Source of the DNA: an uncultured Deferribacteres bacterium
GTDB taxonomy: Bacteria; Zhuqueibacterota; Zhuqueibacteria; Zhuqueibacterales; Geothermadaptataceae
DNA length: 23,259 bases
Assembly (NCBI GenBank): GCA_964014485.1
Contig: CAXHAT010000131.1
Span: 1-23,259 of the forward strand
Reading direction: 5' to 3'
Shown here: one piece after another, positions 15,588 to 23,259 of the stretch
How positions within the stretch are numbered: position 1 is the first letter of the stretch
Layout of the letters: each line of letters opens with the position of its first letter
Notes under the pieces: model-generated
Database searches by the model: none
Seen by the model: the letters and a program-made list of their open reading frames with translations, nothing else
What the model was told of the DNA's origin: nothing
Program-made: the position numbers and the translations under genes

Positions 15588-16640
15588 TTACTCGATAACA
15601 TTTACCAACGCGCCGTCTTGCAAATAAGCGTTGCCGTCGGTGATGACGGCGTTGACGTTTTCGAGGCCGCCCTCAACGGCGAGAATATCATCGAAAACGC
15701 GGGCGATGGAAATCGGCGTTTTGCGCACCTGGTTTTGTTCGTCAAGCGCGTAAACATAGCCGTCCAAACCGGACGCTTCGTGCAGCGCTTCGATGGGAAT
15801 AACCTGGTACGTTTTACGCTCGCCGGGAAAAATTTCAACACGGGCGAAGAAGCCGGAGACGAGTTTTTTGGAGATTTTGTCGGGCCGCACTTCGATCTCG
15901 TACGTGCCGGTCATCAGGTCGGCGGTTTCACCGATTTCCGAAACGACGGCGGGGATTTTTTGTCCGTTGTAAGCGTCAAAAACGACTTCGGCGGAATCGC
16001 CAAGCTGGAGACGCACAAGATCGCGGTCGACGACGCTGACACGGATGATCCAGTCGCGGTCACTGGAGCCGAGAACGAAAACCGGCCTGCCCGGAGAAAT
16101 GATTTCGTTGGCTTCGGCGAACCGGCGGAGAATTTTGCCGTTTGAAGGCGCGGTAATTTGCGCGTGTTTTTTGTTAAATCTGGCGATGTTGAGCTGCGAC
16201 TCAGCGACTTCCAGCGCGGTTTCGGAATTCTGCAATTGTTCAAGCGTCGTGACGCTGTCGGCATAGAGATTTTTGACGCGCTTCAAGTCACGTTTGGCTT
16301 TCTCGAACGCGCTTTTGGCCTGCCGCACCTGCGCCTCGATCTCGGCCATATCGAGCCTGGCCAGCAACTGCCCTTTCTTGACCTTCGCGCCTTCGTCCAC
16401 ATAAACGCGCTGCATCACGCCGCCGATTTTAAAGGCCAACTGCATCTCCGCCTTCGAGGAAAGCGTGCCGCTGGTGTGAACCGGAAACGACAGCGCTTTT
16501 TCTTCAACTTCGACGACGCGCACGTTGATATTCTTTGAAGCTTTTTCGCCATTCGCGGACTTTTCCTTGCCGTAGGCGAACCAAACGATGGCCGCGAAAA
16601 TAAGAAGTCCGAATATACCGGCGATTTTTTTTGTATTCAT
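15588..16640 (-). CDS. RND efflux periplasmic adaptor (membrane fusion protein)
   Basis: N-terminal TM helix, V.EG..VKKGQLLARLD lipoyl half-motif, coiled-coil hairpin and ITAPSNG. GGAGG upstream of the ATGs at 16643/16640. Confidence 0.93.
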   Translation of the reverse strand: MNTKKIAGIFGLLIFAAIVWFAYGKEKSANGEKASKNINVRVVEVEEKALSFPVHTSGTLSSKAEMQLAFKIGGVMQRVYVDEGAKVKKGQLLARLDMAEIEAQVRQAKSAFEKAKRDLKRVKNLYADSVTTLEQLQNSETALEVAESQLNIARFNKKHAQITAPSNGKILRRFAEANEIISPGRPVFVLGSSDRDWIIRVSVVDRDLVRLQLGDSAEVVFDAYNGQKIPAVVSEIGETADLMTGTYEIEVRPDKISKKLVSGFFARVEIFPGERKTYQVIPIEALHEASGLDGYVYALDEQNQVRKTPISIARVFDDILAVEGGLENVNAVITDGNAYLQDGALVNVIE

Positions 16641-16675
16641 CATGTCCTCCAATATGCCAAAAATCCATTACTCCG

Positions 16676-18061
16676 CTATTCCAAAACATCACCTAATTCA
16701 TACAGCGCCGCGACGCGTTCGAGACCCGCATGTTGAATTTGCAAATTGTACTGCGCGATGATCGCATTAATTTCCGCGTCGGTCATGGTTTTGCGCGCGT
16801 CGAGAAATTCGATTTGCGGCGCCAGGCCTTGCTCAAATTTTTTGCGCACAATTTCGAAAGACTGTCTGGCGCTTTGCAATCGTGCATTCGCCGAAGCAAT
16901 CGTTTTCTGCGCCACGAGCACATTGTCGTGATGTTCGCGCACCTGCAATTCAATTTGCCGCTCGAGCTCTTGCAGCCGCGTCTCAAAATTTTCACGCTCA
17001 AGCCGCGCTTGTGAGACCTTTGCTTTGTCCTGAAAACCGTTGAAAAGGTTCCACCGCATGACCGCTGACGCCGCCCAGAAATCGTCGTCTTTGCCGAAGG
17101 CGTAGGACTCGCCCTGGACGCCGTAATCCACGACCAAACTCACGTTTGGCAGATAAGCGGCGCGCGCGAGCTTGGCCTGATTTTTTTTGAGATTGACCGC
17201 ACGACGGACTTGGCGCAACTCTTCGCGGCGTTCCAGCGCGGCGTTGGTTAGTGTTGGTAAATCCAGAGCTTGTGGTTGCGATTGCGGCGAGTCAAGAGAA
17301 GGGATTTCAGTTTCAAAATCAGTGTTGAGCAAAAAGTTGAAGTATCGCGCGGCGAGCCAGGCGTTTTTTTGCGCGTCGTCGAATTGCTGCTCGAATTCGC
17401 TCAGTTCCGCCTGGGCGCGGTACAAAACGTCGCGGGTCGATTTTTCATTTTTGACCAGAGCGTTGCTGACGCGCACGTTCTCCGTCAGCAGCGGCTGCGT
17501 TTGTTCGAGCAAATCGGTGACTTTGGCCGCGATCAAGTATTGAAAATAGGCGGTTTTTATGTCCGCCGCCAACTGTCGCGCGAACACCGCCGTTTCCGCC
17601 TCCTGCATTTTTTGAAGGTCGCGCTTGATGCGGTAGTTCGAAATGATCGCCGGTTGAAAAACGGGCTGGATCAGACGCAGGCGCGTGTCCTGTTCTTTTT
17701 CGCGTAAAAACGGGATGCGTTCGTTGGCCAGGTCTTCAGGAAACGGCGCCGGATCGCCCTGCGCTTCCAGGAGGTCGTTCAACGTTGCATAAATCGGATT
17801 GATCAAATCACCGACGGGAAAAACGATTTCCCGCCCGCCGCCAGCGCGAGTGTAGCGCGCTTGTATGTCGATTTTCGGAAGAAAAAGACCGCGCGCTTCT
17901 TTGAGCGCTTCCAGGCTTTGCCGCAAGGAGAGCTTTTTTTGCTCGATGGCGAGATTATTCTCCAAACCTGTCCTGACATATTCTTCCAGGACATTGTCCT
18001 GAGCAGAAAAACTTTGTGAGAACAGGCTGAAATAGATGACCGCTGCTTGGATAAAACGCAT
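16676..18061 (-). CDS. TolC-family outer membrane efflux protein
   Basis: Signal peptide and two OEP repeats (LPKIDIQARY / LPNVSLVVDY, WNLFNG, KKFEQGL...FLDA). First gene of the tripartite operon. Confidence 0.93.
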   Translation of the reverse strand: MRFIQAAVIYFSLFSQSFSAQDNVLEEYVRTGLENNLAIEQKKLSLRQSLEALKEARGLFLPKIDIQARYTRAGGGREIVFPVGDLINPIYATLNDLLEAQGDPAPFPEDLANERIPFLREKEQDTRLRLIQPVFQPAIISNYRIKRDLQKMQEAETAVFARQLAADIKTAYFQYLIAAKVTDLLEQTQPLLTENVRVSNALVKNEKSTRDVLYRAQAELSEFEQQFDDAQKNAWLAARYFNFLLNTDFETEIPSLDSPQSQPQALDLPTLTNAALERREELRQVRRAVNLKKNQAKLARAAYLPNVSLVVDYGVQGESYAFGKDDDFWAASAVMRWNLFNGFQDKAKVSQARLERENFETRLQELERQIELQVREHHDNVLVAQKTIASANARLQSARQSFEIVRKKFEQGLAPQIEFLDARKTMTDAEINAIIAQYNLQIQHAGLERVAALYELGDVLE

Positions 18062-18113
18062 TTTTTAAACCTTCTCTTCACTAAACGAAGGGTTCTGGCT
18101 GGTAAATATTAAC

Positions 18114-18152
18114 TGACTGGCAGTCATGTACGGCGACAATGTAAAAGGTTTC
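18114..18152 (-). promoter_or_regulatory. Putative TetR-type operator (TGACTG-N-CAGTCA) just downstream of a possible ECF-sigma promoter
   Basis: Perfect 6-bp inverted repeat at 18114-18126, 52 nt upstream of the tolC-like ATG. The - strand reads GAAAC-N15-CGTA at 18152-18129. Confidence 0.45.
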
Positions 18153-18295
18153 GAGAAAAGTAAAAGTATTTTCTCGCGTTTTTATGTTTTACGCTCATTC
18201 GGCGCACGGGAGTTGCCTGGTGATATTAGCAGGCTATTTTGTACGAATTGAAGACGCATCTTTTGGGGTCAAAATCAGAGAATCGGGGATAGGGG

Positions 18296-20659
18296 ATGAA
18301 AAAGCATCCGCTGCTAATTGTCGCGATTTTTTTTGCCTGCGGAATTCTGTTGTTCGACATTTTCAAACCGCCGTTGTTTGCGAGCATTGGCCTTTTGGTT
18401 GTGTTTACGCTTGTCGGTTTTGTTTTTCGCGGGAAGCCGTTTTCAACGCCTCTGATTTTATGCGCCGTCATCTTGGCGGGCGGTTTGAACTTTGCGCTGC
18501 AATTTTTCGATCGCAAGGCGCCCGATCTGCACAAAATTCAAACTTACCAAAAAATCGAAGTCATTGGCTTTGTCTACGGCGAAGTCCACCGAAAAGGAGA
18601 CTTCATTCGATTTCCAGTTTCGGTAAATTTGCTGAAAAGCGACAGCCTCTGGAAACCCGTTCGGGCAAAGCTCTTTGTCTCTGCCAACGACTCGACTTTA
18701 CGAATCACAGAAAATGAAAATCTCTTCATTCGCGGAAATCTTGTCTGGCCGATTGGTTCAAGAAATCCCGGCGATTTTGATTATAAGCGATACCTTCTTT
18801 TTCGCGGTATTGATGCGCAACTGCGCGTTCGGAGAGACGGTCGCATCACGAAGCTCGGCGACGCCAAAGAAACGGCTTGGACTCCCGTTGAATATGTGAA
18901 AAGGGCCAGAAGATTCATTGATTCTCGCCTGGAAACGGTTTCCGACTCGCAGACGTGGTCAATCATGCGCGGCCTTTTGCTCGGCGACCGTTCGGAAATT
19001 GATCCTGAAATTACGGAAGAGTTTGCGCGCAGCGGCATTATTCACATTCTCGCCGTTTCCGGCTTACACGTCGGCTTGTTGATGGGCGTGTGCTTTGGGA
19101 CGGCTTCCTTGCTGGGGTTGCGAAAACAACAAATTTTCGTCGTTACGCTTATAATCGTTTGGTTCTACGCCGTGATCACAGGCTTAAAGCCGCCGGTCAC
19201 GCGCGCTTCTTTGATGGCAACGCTCTTTCTTTTCGGCAAGCTTAGAGACAAACAAATCAACGGTCTTAATATTGTTGGCGCCGCTGCGCTTTGCGTCCTG
19301 ATTTTTCGTCCGGGGGATTTGTTCCAGGTTGGCTTCCAACTTTCCTTTTCCGCTGTTCTGGGCATCTTATTGCTCTACCCTCGGCTGGAATCCGGGGTGA
19401 AGCGCATGCCCGGTGTACCCGCAATGATGCGTAACAAGATCGGGAAATTTGTTTTAGGAATTTTGATGGTTTCATTGGCGGCGCAGATCGGAACCGCGCC
19501 CTTTTCCGTATGGCATTTTGGCCGAATCTCTCTCGTCGGCGTCGGGGCAAACTTGCTCGCAATCCCGCTTGTCACCCTTTTGCTCCCTGCGTCCTTGCTT
19601 TATCTCGCGACTGCGCTAACGCCTGCTGTCATTTCCGATTGGACGGAGTTTGCATGCCATTTTTTGGCGCAAAGCGTCATCGTTACCGGCGACTACTTTG
19701 GCCGGATGGCCTTTGCAAGCATCGATAATTGGCGTCCGCCGCTTTGGTGGTTGCCGCTATATATTAGCGTTGTTGCGTTGATATTTTATGGAACGCAGCG
19801 AAAGATAAGGTTTATTGCGTGTTTGGCGCTTTTTGCCGGTTTGAATTTGCATATTTGGCAGAAAGTCGTTTCCGACGCGCCGGAATTGAGAATCACAGTG
19901 CTGGACGTTGGGCAAGGCGATTGTATTTTTGTCGAATTTCCCAATGGCAAAACGCTCTTGGTTGACGCCGGGCCCGCTTCACCGGAATTCGATGCAGGAG
20001 AACGCTACATCTTGCCGTTTTTAGAGCGGCATGGTTTTGAGAAAATCGACATGGCGGTAATCTCGCATCCGCATCTTGATCATTTTGGCGGACTTGTCGC
20101 AATCGCTTCAAAAATTCAAATTAAAGATGTCGTTTTCGCCGATCTCAATTACGAATCAGAAGTTTTTCAGCGCATGATGCATCAACTGGACAGTTTGAAA
20201 ACGCCGAGTTCAATCGTACGGCGCGGCGACGTCATCGACGCGTTCGCACCCGCGACTATTATGGTTTTCGGCCCTTCTCGACAAAACGCAGCACGTCAAA
20301 AACACCTGAACGACGCTTCCATTGCTCTACAAATTCGATATGGCGAGACGACGTTTCTTTTCACAGGCGATGCAGAAGAAGACGGTGAAGCTGCGTTAAT
20401 TCCTTACGCTGACTTGCTGCGCTCGCAATTTTTAAAAGCGGGGCATCACGGCAGCAGAACTTCCTCGACAAACGAATTTTTGCAGCATGTTCAACCGCGC
20501 TGGACGGCGATGTCGCTCGGCGCTATGAATAAATTCGGTCACCCCAATTTTGAAGTGACGCAGAGGCTGGCAAAGCTCGGCAGCGATACACTCCGTACGG
20601 ATTTAAACGGCGCGTTGCAATTTGTCTCAAACGGTCGGCGCATCGAAAGAATTCGTTGA
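18296..20659 (+). CDS. comEC: DNA internalization competence protein ComEC/Rec2
   Basis: RNPGDFDY, HILAVSGLHVG and GFQLSF competence-domain motifs. Metallo-beta-lactamase domain with LDVGQGD, SHPHLDH, TGDAE, GHHGS and FGHP. Confidence 0.96.
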   Translation: MKKHPLLIVAIFFACGILLFDIFKPPLFASIGLLVVFTLVGFVFRGKPFSTPLILCAVILAGGLNFALQFFDRKAPDLHKIQTYQKIEVIGFVYGEVHRKGDFIRFPVSVNLLKSDSLWKPVRAKLFVSANDSTLRITENENLFIRGNLVWPIGSRNPGDFDYKRYLLFRGIDAQLRVRRDGRITKLGDAKETAWTPVEYVKRARRFIDSRLETVSDSQTWSIMRGLLLGDRSEIDPEITEEFARSGIIHILAVSGLHVGLLMGVCFGTASLLGLRKQQIFVVTLIIVWFYAVITGLKPPVTRASLMATLFLFGKLRDKQINGLNIVGAAALCVLIFRPGDLFQVGFQLSFSAVLGILLLYPRLESGVKRMPGVPAMMRNKIGKFVLGILMVSLAAQIGTAPFSVWHFGRISLVGVGANLLAIPLVTLLLPASLLYLATALTPAVISDWTEFACHFLAQSVIVTGDYFGRMAFASIDNWRPPLWWLPLYISVVALIFYGTQRKIRFIACLALFAGLNLHIWQKVVSDAPELRITVLDVGQGDCIFVEFPNGKTLLVDAGPASPEFDAGERYILPFLERHGFEKIDMAVISHPHLDHFGGLVAIASKIQIKDVVFADLNYESEVFQRMMHQLDSLKTPSSIVRRGDVIDAFAPATIMVFGPSRQNAARQKHLNDASIALQIRYGETTFLFTGDAEEDGEAALIPYADLLRSQFLKAGHHGSRTSSTNEFLQHVQPRWTAMSLGAMNKFGHPNFEVTQRLAKLGSDTLRTDLNGALQFVSNGRRIERIR

Positions 20660-20668
20660 AGGAATGGT

Positions 20669-20727
20669 TTGGATTACAAACGAGAAGTGGCTATAATAGC
20701 ATTTAGCGATACGGAACATTCCGTTTC
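20669..20727 (+). promoter_or_regulatory. Sigma70-type promoter for prc with a downstream palindrome
   Basis: TTGGAT (20669-20674), 17 nt, TATAAT (20692-20697). Inverted repeat GATACGGAA-CA-TTCCGTTTC at 20708-20727. Confidence 0.55.
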
Positions 20728-20844
20728 AAATGCGTGTTTTGATCTTCTAACACAACATTATGCACGACAGAAACGTCCATGAAATAGAAATCAGAAAGTT
20801 TTGTCCCTACAAATATATTCACCGCATATCGCACAGGAGAATCC

Positions 20845-22992
20845 ATGAATAGGCGACCGGTTCCAACTCAGTCAATTTTGAACAGAGCTATTTCGAAAGC
20901 TACGCTGTTGTTCGCAATTTTTGCTTTATCCGGGAGTTTGTCCGCCGCGCTTCCCGGCGAGGAAATCCTGCCCGCCAAACATCATGGCTATCTCGGTAAA
21001 CTCATCACACAAGTTCTCGCACAATATCATTACGTCCATCCTGAGCTCGACGATTCGATGTCCACGCAAATTTTCGATAATTACATCGACAAGCTGGACG
21101 GCAATCATTATTATTTTTTAAAGTCGCACGTTGACGCTTTTGAGCCTTTGCGCTTCAATCTGGATGACGCCGTTAAAGACACGGACGTTGAGCAGCTTTA
21201 TAAGATTTTTAACGCCTTTAAGGCGCGGATTGAACCGAGAATGGCGAAAATCCGAACCGTGCTCGAAGATGAATTCGACTATTCAAAAGACGAATTCCAC
21301 AATGTTGACTATGACAACATCACCTGGTCAACAACGGAAGAAGAGCTGGATGAAAGGTGGCGATTGCGCCTTAAAAGTGAATCATTGAACCTGAAATTGG
21401 CTGGAAAAGAAGAAACGGCCATCGATTCAATGCTGGTCAAGCGTTACGAGAATTTCGAGCGGCGCATCAACCAGTACGACAGCGAAGAAATTTTCGAGCT
21501 ATTCATGAATTCTCTGACCGAATCTTTCGATCCGCACACCAACTATTTTTCGCCGATTAATTCGGACAATTTTAATATCCGCATGTCGCTTTCCTACGAA
21601 GGCATTGGCGCGCGTCTCGTGCCCGAAAATGAATACACCAAGATTTTCGAAGTTATTGTTGGCGGTCCCGCTGCGATGGACGGTCGTCTTCAAGCAGGCG
21701 ACTATATTGTCGGCGTAGATCGTGATAATGACGGATCATTTATCGACGTTGTCGGCATGAAATTGGACAGCGTTGTCCAGCACATTCGCGGCAAGCGAAA
21801 TTCAAAAGTCTCCCTGCAGGTCATTCCGGGCGGTGCGGTTGAAAGCGGCGAGAAAAAAGTGATCACGCTGGTTCGTGACAAGGTCAAGCTGGAAGAACAG
21901 GAAGCCAAAAGCGACACGCTGCAAATCCAGGTGGGCGATGAACTCATGACCTTTGGCGTGATCGACATTCCGAAATTTTATGTCGATTTTGAAGCCATGC
22001 AGCGTCGCGAGAAAGATTACAAAAGCACGACCCGTGACGTCAAAAAACTTATTTCTGATTTAAAGGAACAGAACGTCGACGGGATCATCGTCGATTTGCG
22101 GGACAATGGCGGCGGTTCCTTGCAAGAAGCGATTGAGTTGACCGGACTTTTTATTGATCGCGGGCCGGTCGTTCAAACAAAGGACACGCGCGGGGAAATT
22201 GAAGTCAATTCCGATCCTGAAATGGGCGTCCATTACGACGGGCCGCTCGCCGTTCTCGTTAACCGTTTGAGCGCTTCCGCTTCGGAAATCTTCGCAGGCG
22301 CAATTCAGGATTACGGACGTGGCGTTGTAATTGGAAATCAGAGCTACGGCAAAGGCACGGTTCAACAACTGATTTCGCTGAATAATCCCTATTTTCGGCG
22401 ACGTGTGATTCAAGGTGACTCAGACGCCAAGCTTGGACGGGTCAAAGTGACGATGGCGAAATTTTATCGCGTTACCGGAGCGAGTACGCAGCATATGGGC
22501 GTTATCCCGGACATCGTTTTTCCCTCGCGTTTTGACGTTCTGGAATACGGCGAGAACCATCAAGTCAACGCATTGTTGTGGGATAAGATCAAATCATCTC
22601 GATACAAAAAAGTTGCTGATTTGAGCGCTGTGATTCCCAAGCTTGCGCAAAACTACAAGATTCGCGCAGCAGCGAATCCTGAGTTCAAATTCCTGGCGGA
22701 AGATATTACGGAGCTACAAGAGTCGCGCAAAAAAATCAGCATCTCTTTGAATGAAGAGCAACGCAAGACAGAGAGAAAGGAAAACGAAACCATGCGCAAG
22801 ACGCGTGATCGAGAACGTCGTGTTGCACGCGGCCTCGACCCCGACGGCGATGATGATTTAGGCGACAGAAAATCGAGAGATTTCATCCTGAAAGAAAGCG
22901 CCTTTATTTTGGCTGATTTCATCGGTTTCGAGAAGAACGGCCTTGTCAGTTCATCCGATTCTCCTGAGTTTAAGGTGAACAACAATCGATAA
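20845..22992 (+). CDS. prc: Carboxy-terminal processing (tail-specific) protease, peptidase S41A
   Basis: Signal peptide, DPHTNY, PDZ domain (EGIGA...GGPA), DLRDNGGGSL, catalytic SASASEIFAGAIQDY and GKGTVQ. AGGAGA RBS. Confidence 0.95.
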   Translation: MNRRPVPTQSILNRAISKATLLFAIFALSGSLSAALPGEEILPAKHHGYLGKLITQVLAQYHYVHPELDDSMSTQIFDNYIDKLDGNHYYFLKSHVDAFEPLRFNLDDAVKDTDVEQLYKIFNAFKARIEPRMAKIRTVLEDEFDYSKDEFHNVDYDNITWSTTEEELDERWRLRLKSESLNLKLAGKEETAIDSMLVKRYENFERRINQYDSEEIFELFMNSLTESFDPHTNYFSPINSDNFNIRMSLSYEGIGARLVPENEYTKIFEVIVGGPAAMDGRLQAGDYIVGVDRDNDGSFIDVVGMKLDSVVQHIRGKRNSKVSLQVIPGGAVESGEKKVITLVRDKVKLEEQEAKSDTLQIQVGDELMTFGVIDIPKFYVDFEAMQRREKDYKSTTRDVKKLISDLKEQNVDGIIVDLRDNGGGSLQEAIELTGLFIDRGPVVQTKDTRGEIEVNSDPEMGVHYDGPLAVLVNRLSASASEIFAGAIQDYGRGVVIGNQSYGKGTVQQLISLNNPYFRRRVIQGDSDAKLGRVKVTMAKFYRVTGASTQHMGVIPDIVFPSRFDVLEYGENHQVNALLWDKIKSSRYKKVADLSAVIPKLAQNYKIRAAANPEFKFLAEDITELQESRKKISISLNEEQRKTERKENETMRKTRDRERRVARGLDPDGDDDLGDRKSRDFILKESAFILADFIGFEKNGLVSSSDSPEFKVNNNR

Positions 22993-23017
22993 GCTTCGTT
23001 TTTGACGATTTGAAACA

Positions 23018-23056
23018 GCAGGCCGTTGTGTATTTTGCATAGCGGCCTGTTTTTTT
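23018..23056 (+). terminator. Intrinsic terminator of prc
   Basis: Stem GCAGGCCGTTGTGTA / TGCATAGCGGCCTGT (with G-U pairs) followed by a T run. Confidence 0.8.
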
Positions 23057-23062
23057 ACAACC

Positions 23063-23259
23063 AACTGATGTTACGCGCTTGATAATAACGCATGCCGTAA
23101 GTTGGTTTCTGGCTGAGTCGAATAGTGCAATTGAAAATTGAGTCGTTTGACCTCCAAAACGTTTTTCAAGGTCATTCCTGCGGAGGCAGGAATCCAGAAA
23201 ATGGTGCACGGTCACTGGATTCCTGCCTCCGCAGGAATGACGCGTGAGCAAAGTTTTTA
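23063..23259. repeat. Partial composite repeat: AACTGATGTTACGC end plus a perfect REP-like doublet
   Basis: 27-bp perfect inverted repeat GTCATTCCTGCGGAGGCAGGAATCCAG (23171-23197) / 23215-23241 with a 17-nt spacer. The end motif is the reverse complement of 95-108. Confidence 0.82.

Noticed and set aside
12163..17707. Many overlapping alternative-frame and antisense ORFs in the efflux operon
   Set aside because: Shadow ORFs of GC-rich real genes with no independent motifs.
22970..23251. 93-aa minus-strand ORF containing RHSCGGRNP / LDSCLRRND
   Set aside because: These peptides are translations of the REP doublet, and the ORF crosses the prc terminator.
1..23259. Whole window as one composite transposon bounded by the AACTGATGTTACGC motifs
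   Set aside because: Each motif is the inner end of a separate flanking repeat, and the interval includes core genes comEC and prc. Two independent copies is the simpler explanation.

Overview
Bacterial genomic DNA. YPNPFNP-type C-terminal sorting domains suggest an FCB-related lineage such as KSB1, Calditrichota or Ignavibacteria (inference). There are three blocks. (1) 285-10410, + strand: a putative red-algal galactan (most likely carrageenan-type) utilisation cluster. It holds a GH16 lipoprotein, a secreted protein with a tandemly duplicated 285-aa domain, a secreted clan GH-A (GH42/GH167-like) hydrolase, an SGNH+TPR protein and a Gci/DauC-like cycloisomerase. (2) 10444-12060: a strip of decayed DNA with an internally deleted IS5-family element, a heptamer palindrome, an IS630 right end and a probable thioesterase fragment. 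(3) A TolC-MFP-RND efflux operon on the - strand, divergent from comEC and prc. The most striking non-coding feature is that most larger intergenic gaps hold composite palindromic elements: short terminal-inverted-repeat shells around different REP-like cores. One is a four-layer nested element (3931-4201) in which a 143-bp MITE with DnaA-box-containing ends sits inside a REP with a 10-bp target duplication. No rRNA, tRNA or CRISPR array was seen.
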